DNA of 64,000 nucleotides from assembly GCA_002633005.1 (NCBI GenBank), contig NMRA01000332.1, positions 1-64,000 on the forward strand, written 5' to 3'. The position numbers were made by a program, and so were the translations under genes. Of this stretch, positions 63,281 to 64,000 are shown in pieces. Numbering within the stretch: the stretch's first letter is position 1; every line of letters starts with the position of its first letter. Under the pieces are notes generated by a model, which did not search any database, had not been told where the DNA came from, and saw only the letters and a program-made list of their open reading frames with translations. This stretch comes from Phoronis australis (taxonomy: Eukaryota; Animalia; Phoronida).

Positions 63281-64000
63281 CTAGAAGAGAAGATGGGACC
63301 CCATATAAACACTCGTGTACGATGAATATGGCTACACACCCCAGCTTCCTTTAAAAACAACATCTCGCTTTGCTCATTTATCTAGACACAAGTTTAAGAC
63401 CTGAAATTTGGAAATGCCAGCTGAGATTTTGACCAGCTCCTGTGGGCTGTCACATCGTCCAACCACTTCAACAGAATTCTTTTTTGTTAGTGGAGCAGGA
63501 AAATATGGGTGCCACAACATCATGGCCCTGACAGCATCTTTTTGGTAGACAAAGTTTTGTGACCTGTCATCTGTGCAGGGCCCTCAATCCCTTGATTTTG
63601 GGGCTGAATATTCAGAACCATTTTCCTCCAAACAATATTGAAAAATTATGCGAAATTCCGCTCATGAGGCTCAAAAATTCCCCTCGAGTGATTGACAAAT
63701 TCCCCTGGAGATTTGAATCATTAATTTTGTAACTCACACAGGTGGCAATTTGAAAGAGTGCAAAATGTTTTGACTACTTGAGGCAAAGCCTACGAGGGCT
63801 TGCAAGGGGGGGGGGTAAAAATTCTCCCTTCCCAGAAAGCACAAAACAAGCACATTTCCTCTTGAATAAACGAGGGTCCTGCCGTGTGTGCAAGATGAAC
63901 TTTGGAAGAGGCAGACACTCAAGATCAGACTTGAAAATATTAAAAAGCCATGAGGTGGCGTACAATATGTGGAGCCTATCCAAAAATGAGAGGGTGCCAT

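Overview
This is AT-rich, intron-rich eukaryotic genomic DNA, probably from a marine invertebrate (inference from gene content and repeat types); nothing is prokaryotic and there is no CRISPR array. Three spliced genes can be rebuilt by hand with consistent exon phases. (1) A complete 14-exon transglutaminase on the minus strand (25068->9738, ~734 aa) with an intact Cys-His-Asp triad, an MGTSGS myristoylation-type micro-exon, one GC-AG intron and an SAHD->SGID change. (2) A 3-exon TRIR/C19orf43 homologue on the plus strand (26134-28617, 153 aa), head-to-head with the transglutaminase. (3) AP3D1 (AP-3 delta adaptin) on the minus strand (29 exons, 63280->31554; its 5' end lies beyond the window), tail-to-tail with TRIR. 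AP3D1 carries a ~2.07 kb tandem duplication of two exons joined at a single N (a real duplication or an uncollapsed haplotype), a relic copy of one exon, a duplicated acceptor and a candidate poison exon. Introns and intergenic DNA hold many non-autonomous elements: hAT-like MITEs with 5, 6 and ~8 bp TSDs, three Helentron-like (HINE) elements, fold-backs, tRNA-derived heads and minisatellites. Most ORFs in the supplied track are spurious. I see no clear new multi-gene system; the best leads are the unusual transglutaminase and the local exon-duplication history of AP3D1.
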